A DNA stretch of 63,921 nucleotides, filler included, from Octopus bimaculoides (Eukaryota): assembly GCF_001194135.2 (NCBI RefSeq). It is 6 parts of 5 records of this genome, joined end to end, with 100 filler letters (N's around TTAATTAATTAA, not from the genome) between each part and the next. Parts side by side here need not be neighbours in the genome. Positions count along the whole stretch, not along the records: positions 49,755 to 58,501 come from NC_068989.1; positions 58,602 to 62,682 come from NC_068999.1; positions 62,783 to 63,921 come from NW_026387031.1; 3 more parts are not named here. The stretch is one strand, 5' to 3'. Numbering within the stretch: position 1 is the stretch's first letter; each line of letters opens with the position of its first letter. The translations under genes and the position numbers were made by a program. Positions 54,592 through 63,921 of this stretch are shown one piece after another. The notes under the pieces were generated by a model. It saw only the letters and a program-made list of their open reading frames with translations. It made no database searches and was not told where the DNA came from.

Positions 54592-54877
54592 CAGTGCTAC
54601 TCAAAAGTGGTGGTCCGCGAGCCATCAGCTGCCGGTGCGTGGCGAGTTTCCAGAAAAGAAAGAAAGAAACATTTTAAAATGCTAATAGAATGCTTATGTA
54701 ATATTGTATTATTTGTTTACAAAATAAATATTTTAAAAAATTGTCAACTTTTATTATATTCATTATATATATATTGTTTCCGGTATAAATTAATATTACT
54801 AAGAAATATTACCGGTCCCTGGCACACTGGAAGAAGAAACTGCCGGTACGCCACATCAGATAGTTTGAAAAGCACTG
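54592..54877. mobile_element. hAT (Charlie-like) MITE
   Basis: TIRs CAGTGCT(AC/TT)TCAAA. Perfect 8-bp TSD TGCTAGAG at 54584-91 and 54878-85. Confidence 0.92.
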
Positions 54878-54919
54878 TGCTAGAGGGCACAACATTTTTG
54901 TAGTCTTACAATAAATATT

Positions 54920-55440
54920 ATATATTTCTTTTAGTTGAAGAAAACCTTCCCCCCACCACTGTGTTCCTGGTAAACATAGTCTATCGGTATTGGCTTTTGG
55001 GTAGTGTATACTCTAAATGTAGGCATTATTTCTTTTGTTTTCCTGGATTGCTTTTACTTACGTCTTCACTGGAAAATATTCATATTTTAACTATAAATTA
55101 TTACTGGAATAGCTCGCGTTTTGATAACTATTAACATATTTTTTACATTTAGTTCAGTTTAAAAATTTAATTTAATTCATTTATAATATTCCTCTTTAAA
55201 ATTCTTATTTTATTTGTCTGTGTTATTCACCGGGTAATTCTTTCATTCTTTACTAACTCTATAAAATTGTATTTGAAATCGATTTTCATTACAAACATTA
55301 TAACTGGAGTTCATCTATATACGAGGAGATCGATTTTCATCCGTATTCCGTCTGGTTTATGTCTTTCATAAAACTTTCTTATTGTTTTGCTGATCAATAA
55401 CTGATATTTACATTCATATTCATATATCCCTTTATAACAC
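54920..55440 (-). mobile_element. Old R4-type RT C-terminal remnant
   Basis: TELNVKNMLIVIKTRAIPVIIYS and NTDRLCLPGTQWWG resemble LNxKNxxxAINxxAxPVxxYS and DRLYxPRxxGGRG. Confidence 0.6.
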
Positions 55441-55474
55441 AGCTTCAATGCTTCACGCTATGTATGTATGTATG

Positions 55475-56615
55475 TTATCAATCAGTTTCATTTCTGTATT
55501 TCTTGTCCATAGAGAAAGAGCCGGACTCTAACATAGATTCAAGGCTCCTTCATTGGAACTTTTATCAACATCATCTAGGTATTTGTGCATATATGTGTGT
55601 GTGCAGTATTTGATGTTAGTGTATGCGCAGATTTGTATGTTTGTTTTATGGATGCGTTTTTATGTCTAGATGCATGCATATGTATTTATGTGCTAAAGTT
55701 TTGGAAAGTTTTACATATCTTTACAGTTCCATTGATGGCTTGAATCTGTAGTCTTCTAATCAGCCTTTTTCTTTCAGGTTTNNNNNNNNNNNNNNNNNNN
55801 NNNNNNNNNNNNNNNNNNNNNNNNNNNNNNNNNNNNNNNNNNNNNNNNNNNNNNNNNNNNNNNNNNNNNNNNNNNNNNNNNNNNNNNNNNNNNNNNNNNN
55901 NNNNNNNNNNNNNNNNNNNNNNNNNNNNNNNNNNNNNNNNNNNNNNNNNNNNNNNNNNNNNNNNNNNNNNNNNNNNNNNNNNNNNNNNNNNNNNNNNNNN
56001 NNNNNNNNNNNNNNNNNNNNNNNNNNNNNNNNNNNNNNNNNNNNNNNNNNNNNNNNNNNNNNNNNNNNNNNNNNNNNNNNNNNNNNNNNNNNNNNNNNNN
56101 NNNNNNNNNNNNNNNNNNNNNNNNNNNNNNNNNNNNNNNNNNNNNNNNNNNNNNNNNNNNNNNNNNNNNNNNNNNNNNNNNNNNNNNNNNNNNNNNNNNN
56201 NNNNNNNNNNNNNNNNNNNNNNNNNNNNNNNNNNNNNNNNNNNNNNNNNNNNNNNNNNNNNNNNNNNNNNNNNNNNNNNNNNNNNNNNNNNNNNNNNNNN
56301 NNTTAGGAATTTGGTTGCTATTTCTTGTTCTTGAATAGCAAAGGCATACCCTTCAAAGTGAGAGTTGGTGACCCGATTGTTTGTCCACGATAGACTGCTC
56401 TGGTTGTCAATGTTGTTATCACCCTGGCTCTTTCTGTTAACGTATCCATGCATGGTCTTCTGCTGGAATGCATTCATCCTCTCCTCTGATGTTATGTTAC
56501 GGTAGAGTCTTGCAATTTCTTTGGGTAAGAGTTCAGGGTTGTCGAATAGGGAATGCTTGTCAAGTAGTTGCCTTCCCAATCTCATGATGGTATTTACCTC
56601 ATGTCTGCAGACTTC
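55475..56615 (-). mobile_element. 5'-truncated R4-type RLE retrotransposon, (CATA)n-flanked (internal gap)
   Basis: KTMHGYVNRK...SHFEGYAFAIQEQEIATKFL...RLQIQAINGTVKICKTFQNFST*. (CATA)n at both junctions (55459-74 and 56616-82). Confidence 0.85.
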
Positions 56616-56714
56616 ATGTATGTATGTATGTATGTATGTATGTATGTATGTATGTATGTATGTATGTATGTATGTATGTATGCGTGTGTGTATGTACGCA
56701 TGTATATATGAAGT

Positions 56715-57190
56715 GAACACTTATCATATGTAATAATAATGATTTTAAGGTATTGTATAGTCTAGACAGAGTGATTTTGGATTTGTAGTTTTTTTTAGAT
56801 TTAATGTTATCAGTTTTGGAAGAATTCAAATGTTTGCCCCCCTTGTTAAAGCATTTTGGCGTTGGTTCTAGGATCTTTCAAGTAGATCGTTGATTAGTTA
56901 CGCAAATGTTTGATAGGAACCCGTTAGATATTTGAGATTGATGATTGCAGCTTAGTTATTTACTGTTTTATATTGTTGGTTTCCTAGAAGCCAACAAATA
57001 AAAAACAGAATTTTACAAACCCTTCACAGTTGTATATGTTGTATAGTATCTTGAATACTTCGTTTGTTTCTACTTCCTTCAATGATAATCGGTATTAGTT
57101 TGTTTACGCTCTTGTGACTTAGCAATTCGTCAAAAGATACTGGTAGAATACCATTCCCATCCATTTGAATCTATCAGTACCGGAAATATT
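56715..57190 (-). mobile_element. Old R4-type RT N-terminal remnant
   Basis: LKYLTGSYQTFA..LTRGQT..KKNYKSKITLSRLYNTL resembles WLKxL..LA..WLTxGxT..KNYRPITCLxTxYK. Confidence 0.55.
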
Positions 57191-57239
57191 GTCTTTCTTT
57201 TTTTTTTTGTCGATACGTATGTGTATTACCTTTCATCCT

Positions 57240-57410
57240 TTACTTGTTTCAGTCCTCGGATTGTGGCCATGCTGGGGCACCTCCTTGAAGGGCTTAGTCA
57301 AACAAATCGACTGACCTCAGTATTTATTTTTTAAGTCTATTTTTTCATGCCTGCTACTTATTCTATCGGTCTCTTTTGCAGAACAGCTAAGTTACAGGAA
57401 CGTAAGTCAA
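57240..57410 (-). mobile_element. SINE family A 3' half (diverged)
   Basis: Reverse complement matches 15050-15185. Confidence 0.75.
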
Positions 57411-57456
57411 AAAAATGGGGTTAGGTGGACAAATACAAATGCAAAATCACACATAC

Positions 57457-57563
<107 letters not shown>

Positions 57564-57822
57564 TGTCTGTCTGTGCAAAGACTTTTATTAAGAAAAGATT
57601 ATTAATCCTAAGTTAGTCTTTGATTTAGAGCATATTTTCACATTCTTTTTCTTTTATCTGCATGTTATTTTGCCACGCTGCTTACTTGATTTCAAATGTT
57701 CTTAAACTAGCAATTTGGAGAGAATAGCGATTTTCTTTTATGGTTACTATGGCAACTACAGAGATTATCCTTTATTTGCTTGTGTCATTGTACTTCGGCC
57801 ATGGTCGGGCAGCGGCTTAGCC

Positions 57823-58059
57823 TAGTTGTTCTCAAGAAGTGTTCATATGACCATCAGCGGTTCATATAAGATTTTGTTGTTATAATCGGTTATACTTCAC
57901 AAAATATTTTAACATTATTTTTATACAATTCCTAATAATATTTGATTATAAAAATACAATGAGAATTTTTAAACATCGGAAGGCGTGGAGGGACCACCTG
58001 AGAAAAATTGGAATCAAAGGAGTCCATAGGTAAAAAAATAAAATAGCTGAGAACCACTG
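57823..58059. mobile_element. Second hAT-type MITE
   Basis: TIRs TAGTTGTTCTCA / TGAGAACCACTG. Degenerate 8-bp TSD GCTTAGCC / GTTTAGCT. Confidence 0.7.
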
Positions 58060-58224
58060 GTTTAGCTGAAAAAAATTACTCAAGTATTTATTTTAAAGTC
58101 TGATAAGTATTCCTATCTATCTCTTTTGCTGAACCGTCAAGTTACGGGGACGTAAACAAACTAACACCAATTATCAAGTAGTGGGGGCGAGGTCAAACAC
58201 ACACACACTCACACATACATACAT

Positions 58225-58256
<32 letters not shown>

Positions 58257-58257
<1 letters not shown>

Positions 58258-58467
58258 CTCTTTTACTCTTTTACTTGTTTCAGTCATTTTACTGCGGCCA
58301 TGCTGGAGCACCGCCTTTAGTCAAGCAAATCGACCCCGGGACTTATTCTTTGTAAGCCTAGTACTTATTCTATCGGTCTCTTTTAGCCGAACCGCTAGCT
58401 GACGGGGACATAAACACACCAGCATCGGTTGTCAAGCAATGCTAGGAGGACAAACACAGACACACAA

Positions 58468-58470
<3 letters not shown>
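58257..58470 (-). mobile_element. SINE family A 3' half, well preserved
   Basis: Reverse complement matches 14990-15185. Confidence 0.9.
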
Positions 58471-58501
<31 letters not shown>

Positions 58502-58714
58502 NNNNNNNNNNNNNNNNNNNNNNNNNNNNNNNNNNNNNNNNNNNNTTAATTAATTAANNNNNNNNNNNNNNNNNNNNNNNNNNNNNNNNNNNNNNNNNNN
58601 NAAAAAAAAAAAAAAACATTACGAAGATGAAAAAAATCTAATTTAAATACATTTAAAATGTTATTTGGTTCGTCACAAGTCTTATGAAAGAAATTAAATG
58701 TAATCAAAATAAAC

Positions 58715-59060
58715 ACTGGTATGGCTGTGTGGTTAAGAAATTTCGGGTTCAAACCCATTACGCAGCACCTTGGAGAAGTGTCGTCGACTGACCAATTCCT
58801 TGTGAGTGAATTTAGTCGGTGGAGACGGTGAAAGAGCTTCATATGTGTATGTATGTGCGTGCGTGACTATGCATGTGTGTGTATTCATGCGTGTCTTTGT
58901 ATTTGTCACACAGACACGCACACACACGCGCGCTTCACAGCCATCGTTGGTTTGTCTAAGTATCCGTAACGTAGCGGTTCGGCAAACGAAACCGATAAAG
59001 TAAGTACTAGACTTAAAAATACACAACTACTCAGATCGATTTGGTCGACTAAAACTCCTT
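58715..59060 (+). mobile_element. SINE family A (diverged)
   Basis: Head GGCTGTGTGGTTAAG, internal (TG) tract and core ACCGATAAAGTAAGTACTAG. Confidence 0.8.
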
Positions 59061-59299
59061 TAACCGAGTCAGCTTTGTTTACAAGTATTCTGAGCAGGTC
59101 TGTTGTTTTGTCTACGTGTACGTAATTTAGTGGTTCGGCAAACTAGACCGATAAAGTAAGTAACATACTTTAAAAAATACGGAACTATACTACTGAGATC
59201 GATTGGACCAAGTATTCTGAGCGCAGGTCTGCTGTTTTGCGAATTGTTTTGCCAGATGTGGTTATATAATTTTAGTCACGCTTTTACCGTTAGTTACAT

Positions 59300-59560
59300 G
59301 CAGTTTCCTCAGAAATTGTATGCACCAGGACACTTCAACAAAGAGGTTTCCAGAAATCATTAAGTTGTTTCGTGTCTTTTATAACAATCAAACACCTAAG
59401 CGATCCAACTTGAGTGTTCACACCTATTTAATCAACACTATCCCAGGTGACACTACCTCTTCTAGAGCTCATAATTGCGTCGAATTTTAAACGACAGAAG
59501 ATTAGGTTTTAAACCACCAACATATGGCATTTTGTAGATCCGCGTACACATTATCTTTAA
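59300..59560 (-). mobile_element. Possible pogo/Tigger CENP-B-type HTH remnant
   Basis: YADLQNAICWWFK and VFDCYKRHE resemble DLExALxxWF and WLxxFKxRH. Confidence 0.4.
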
Positions 59561-59853
59561 AATTAAACAGCCCGTCAACCCGTCAACGAGGATGTAGATT
59601 GAATATAATTTAGCACATTGACTCAGCCGTAACGTCTATGGCATATTACAAAATGTACACACACACACTTCTTCGTTATTTCATATCATATTTTGCGTTC
59701 TTTCCCCCGCTTGTTTTAGTTTTTATCTTCATAGATTACTTATTTGTTTCCTTCTTGCTCATAATCTTTCCCGTTTTATTTATGCTATCTATTTATCAGT
59801 CTGTCTGTCTATTTATCAGCCTGTTTATTTATCTATCCCCTTATTTGTACACG

Positions 59854-59897
<44 letters not shown>

Positions 59898-59901
<4 letters not shown>

Positions 59902-60048
59902 GGAAGAATTCACAAAAAAACAAAGGACGAAGACAGGTGGTGTAGAAAACAAATAGATGTATTAGTATAACGCTCGGGAATTGAGAAAGTCTTTAACGTT
60001 TCGAGCCTACGCTCTTCTACAGAAAGGAACACGGAAAGAAACAAGGAG
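59898..60048 (-). mobile_element. Short repeat with a minimal hammerhead-like motif, second copy
   Basis: Minus strand CTTT-CTGTAGA-A-GAGC-GTAG-GCTC-GAAA-CGTT-AAAG at about 59991-60026. Homologous to 29787-29957. Confidence 0.75.
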
Positions 60049-60100
60049 AGCTATATGTCTATCTGTCTATTTATCTGCCTGTTTATTTATCTATCTCCTT

Positions 60101-60138
<38 letters not shown>

Positions 60139-60470
60139 GTATATATATTCTTGCTATAAAGGAGCCCTAACACGGATCTCAAGATCTAACCTTAGCTGTG
60201 GTCTTGGAACCTAATGGTTGACCAACTATAGCACTTACCCAGCGTACCTATTCGCTTAGATCACAAGCGAACCAAGTCTCTCATATTCTTGTATCTTTAT
60301 GTGTATGTAGCCAAAATTTTTTAAAAGTCATAATATTTGAAGGAAGATGTTCTTAAATGAAAAGTTGATTATATAAAAAAATCTTCAAGAAGCAAAAAGA
60401 CATGAAGAAGTGCATGCATGAATGTATGAATGTCTGTATGCATAAATATACATGTTTACATACACGTATG

Positions 60471-60856
60471 CGGAGGCGCAATAGCCCATTTGTTAGGGCA
60501 GCGGACTCGCGGTCATAGGATCGCGGTTTCGATTCCTAGACCGGGCGTTGTGAGTGTTTATTGAGCGAAAACACCTAAAAGCTCCACGAGGCTCCGGCAG
60601 GGGATGGTGGCGAACCCTACTGTACTCTTCCACCACAACTTTCTCTCACTCTTATTTCCTGTTTCTGTTGTGCCTGTAATTCAAAGGGCCAGCCTTGTCA
60701 CACTGTGTCACGCTGAATATCCCCGAGAACTATGTTAAGGGTACACGTGTCTGTGGAGTGCTCAGCCACTTGCACGTTAATTTATGAGCAGGCTGTTCCG
60801 TTGATCAGATCCAATAGTACCCTCGACGTCGTAAGCGACGGAGTGCCAACAACATA
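60471..60856 (+). mobile_element. Full-length tRNA-derived SINE, family D, with 13-bp TSD
   Basis: tRNA-like head (GGTTTCGATTCC) and (AAC) tail. TSD ACATACACGTATG at 60458-70 and 60857-69. Confidence 0.92.
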
Positions 60857-60881
60857 ACATACACGTATGTATATACACGTT

Positions 60882-60937
<56 letters not shown>

Positions 60938-61502
60938 AAACTCTGAGTAGATACCAACTACGAGTATGTGTTTACTCAATATTTATAGTTTTCCTTTTTT
61001 CAGTCGTCCATTCACATTTATAAGTGTACCAGCCATTTTAAAAAAAATATGTAAATAAAATATATAACCCTTTAAGTTGGTGCTCCAGCATGGCTGCAGT
61101 CAAATGGCTGAAACAGTTAAAGACGAAGGCAAACAAAAAACGGAACTTGCAAATTGACTGATAATGGCATAAAAAATTTTACAACTAACGCTTAACAAGC
61201 ACGCATCAAATTCATTAACTGACGTCAGCAAAAATACTGACCAATCACAAATTGTCTTTTGTTAATCAGTTAAGCTTTGGTCGAACTAAACTCAGCTTGT
61301 GTAGGGTGACACAAAAGCTAAAAACGGTAACTTTTGAAAAACCCAACAAAAATAGGAAAAATCCAAATCTAACAAAAAGAAAAATTATTGACAGACATTA
61401 AACAACTAGCATTTTATAAGAATCAGTAATCGAAATTATTAATGTCCGAAAATTACGTCCTGTAGATGGCGCACTCCTCTACGTATGCATTCTTTTCTAC
61501 TC

Positions 61503-61641
61503 TAGGCACAAGGCCCGAAATTTTGGGGGAGGGGGGCCAGTCGATTAGATCGACCCAGTATGTAACTGGTACTTAATTTATCGACTCCGAAAGGATGAAA
61601 GGCAAAGTCGACATCGGCGGAATTTGAACTCAGAACGTAAA
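61503..61641 (-). mobile_element. SINE family B 3' part
   Basis: Reverse complement matches 40485-40590. Confidence 0.85.
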
Positions 61642-61766
61642 GATTTCTGATATTATTCTGAGTAATTTTTCTTTGGACCGTTGCGTTCAATACAAGTTTT
61701 TAATAATGAACAGATAATAAATCGAAAATGGAACGTCTACTCTTCATATTAACAGAATAAACTCAC

Positions 61767-61929
61767 CAAAGAAATCTGGAGGAAGGGACCCTAAGGCAGA
61801 TTTGTACGCGGTTATACTTAATCGATATCCGGCATCCCTTGCAGTTCTATCGATGCTGCGAACGTATTGACCTGTCCTACCATCGTAGCGTATACATGAG
61901 TGGAAAGGTAGTACTTGAGAGTCAAGCAC
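61767..61929 (-). CDS. Candidate coding exon 2 of an uncharacterised gene
   Basis: Acceptor TTTCTAGAAGCAG, then 163 nt open (VLDSQVLPFHSCIRYDGRTGQYVRSIDRTARDAGYRLSITAYKSALGSLPPDFF) and donor TTG|GTGAGT. Unique GC-richer island; phase 0 in, phase 1 out. Confidence 0.55.
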
Positions 61930-62227
61930 CTGCTTCTAGAAACATCTCAGACAGAGTGGCGGTAGTTAAATTACTACCTGTGTAATACCTTCAGCCACAA
62001 CGAAAAGGCCAACCACTCTTCATGTTCATCACCCTTATGATCCCATTCCTGCCATTGTTAACATGGCAACCATCATCATTATTAATCTCATATTCATATC
62101 TATCTTATTATTAAACATCTGAAAGTAAAACGAAAATGTTAAGACCTGGTGCTTTGCGTAGCATCTCGTCCGATCGTATTTCATTTACGGCTGGTTTTAA
62201 CCCGTAATATATTCCTATCTGACTCAC

Positions 62228-62329
62228 CTTGTAGATCCTTCTCTTACTCAACAGTATTACAATTGTAGCCGAGTATGTTGCAATAAAATTAAAACGTAAT
62301 AGCAAAACTAGGAGTTTCTTCATAATCAT
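62228..62329 (-). CDS. Candidate first coding exon with signal-peptide-like N-terminus
   Basis: MIMKKLLVLLLRFNFIATYSATIVILLSKRRIYK ends at donor AAG|GTGAGT in phase 0, in frame with 61929 across a 298-nt intron. Alternative ATGs at 62323 and 62371. Confidence 0.5.
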
Positions 62330-62472
62330 CACAAAATACCTCTTTAGTTTATTTCTTCTCAACACTTTCATTTTCTCTCTTTATTTTTTCTTTTCTCGGC
62401 AATTTTATCTTACTATTACGCACTATAACATTGGTTTCTGTAGGTAGTGCTTAATATCCATTGTGAGAATAC

Positions 62473-62663
62473 TACAGGGCACTGCAAAGTTCCTGGATTT
62501 GAGTGTATCGCGAAAGGTCTTCTAAACAGCTTAGAAAAACTGAAGGACCACTGCAATAAGTGTGTGAATCTGAGAGGGGAATATGTTCAATAAAATCATA
62601 ATTAACTGATCCTCCTGTATTTTCTTTTACACAAAGCCCAAAACTTTTCAGCACCCCCTCGTA
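62473..62663 (+). mobile_element. Mariner-derived MITE, same family as 330-549
   Basis: TACAGGGCACTG ... TTCAGCACCCCCTCGTA. Interior LEKLKDHCNKCVNLRGEYVQ. Confidence 0.8.
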
Positions 62664-62782
62664 TTTATATATATATATATATNNNNNNNNNNNNNNNNNN
62701 NNNNNNNNNNNNNNNNNNNNNNNNNNTTAATTAATTAANNNNNNNNNNNNNNNNNNNNNNNNNNNNNNNNNNNNNNNNNNNN

Positions 62783-63845
62783 TATATGTATATGCACAGA
62801 CATATAAAATCACCTTATATATACAAACACACACGTGTATGTATGTACATACAAAAAAAAAATATATACACACATACACCTACACACGTAATATTACCTT
62901 ACATGTATACACAAACATGCATGTATACACAAACACACATGTATGTACGTATATATGTATACACACACGCACATTATACACACATACATACATGCACATG
63001 CATATAATATCAGCTTACAATTACACACACACACACACTTATATATACACACACACACACACGTTCCCATGTCCTTGAACATGTCTAATAATTCTGGCAA
63101 AATGTCACCTTATCTACTAACAGCAGTTATATACACCCTCTCTCTCTCTCTGACCCAACTTAACTATCATTGCCTCAAACACAAAACACTCACACAGACA
63201 GCCATATATAACATATATATATATATATATATNNNNNNNNNNCTCAAAAAAAACCACACACAAAATACATGCATGTATATATATGGATACACAACACATA
63301 CATATGTGTAAGTATATATATATATATGTGTGTGTGTATGTATGTATATATACACCATATTCACACATTCCAGTTGGTATAAATATTTCAGATAACAGTT
63401 ATGGATAGAAATAATCTGTCAAAAATGACATAGGAGAGATATGGAGGAAGAGACAGACAGACGTGTGTGTGTGTGTGTGTGTATACACTCACGCATCACA
63501 TATGTGAACACAACTGTACATATATGTGTGTATTTGTGTGTGTGTACAGATATATATATATATGTGTGTGTGTATATATATATATATATTTATACATACA
63601 TATAAACATATATACACATGCATATATATATACATATACATACAATATGTAAATACATATACACATACATATATACCTATACAAGCATATATATATATAT
63701 GTGTGTGTGTGTGTGNNNNNNNNNNGTGTGTGTGTGTGTGTATATATATATACACACATACACACGTACAGACACATATATGCACACATACATACACATA
63801 TATATGTCCACATACACGCACACATACATGCATACACACACATAT
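62783..63845. repeat. Extended degenerate (CA/TA/TG) simple-repeat region
   Basis: Directly visible. Confidence 0.9.
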
Positions 63846-63921
63846 TTTGAAATTGCATGAACTAAAAGTCAGTGGGGGATGGGATAAACTACCTGCATCA
63901 ACTTGCTATAAAAGCAGGTAG

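Overview
AT-rich, gap-ridden, scaffold-level animal genomic DNA, very likely an octopus (inferred from the tRNA-derived SINE families and extreme microsatellite load). No operon, rRNA, true tRNA or CRISPR array is supported, and most ORF-track entries are microsatellite or N-gap artefacts. The window is mainly a transposon graveyard. It holds two full-length decayed mariner elements plus two mariner MITEs, two hAT MITEs with 8-bp TSDs, pogo-like and DUF4817-type remnants, and several Penelope-like elements (PLEs; RT + GIY-YIG). It also holds a CR1-type LINE, a CRE-clade retroelement, at least seven R4/Dong-type fragments at 48-57 kb and many SINEs. A few minus-strand exon candidates (62.3, 61.8, 4.2 and 1.4 kb) may belong to one uncharacterised, possibly secreted-protein gene. 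The most interesting signals are: (1) several families of hammerhead-ribozyme-like motifs in PLE ends and short non-coding repeats; (2) R4-type elements associated with two different microsatellites, (TAA)n and apparently (CATA)n; and (3) two foldback elements whose copy-specific substitutions are mirrored in both arms. All family assignments come from by-eye motif recognition, not database searches.
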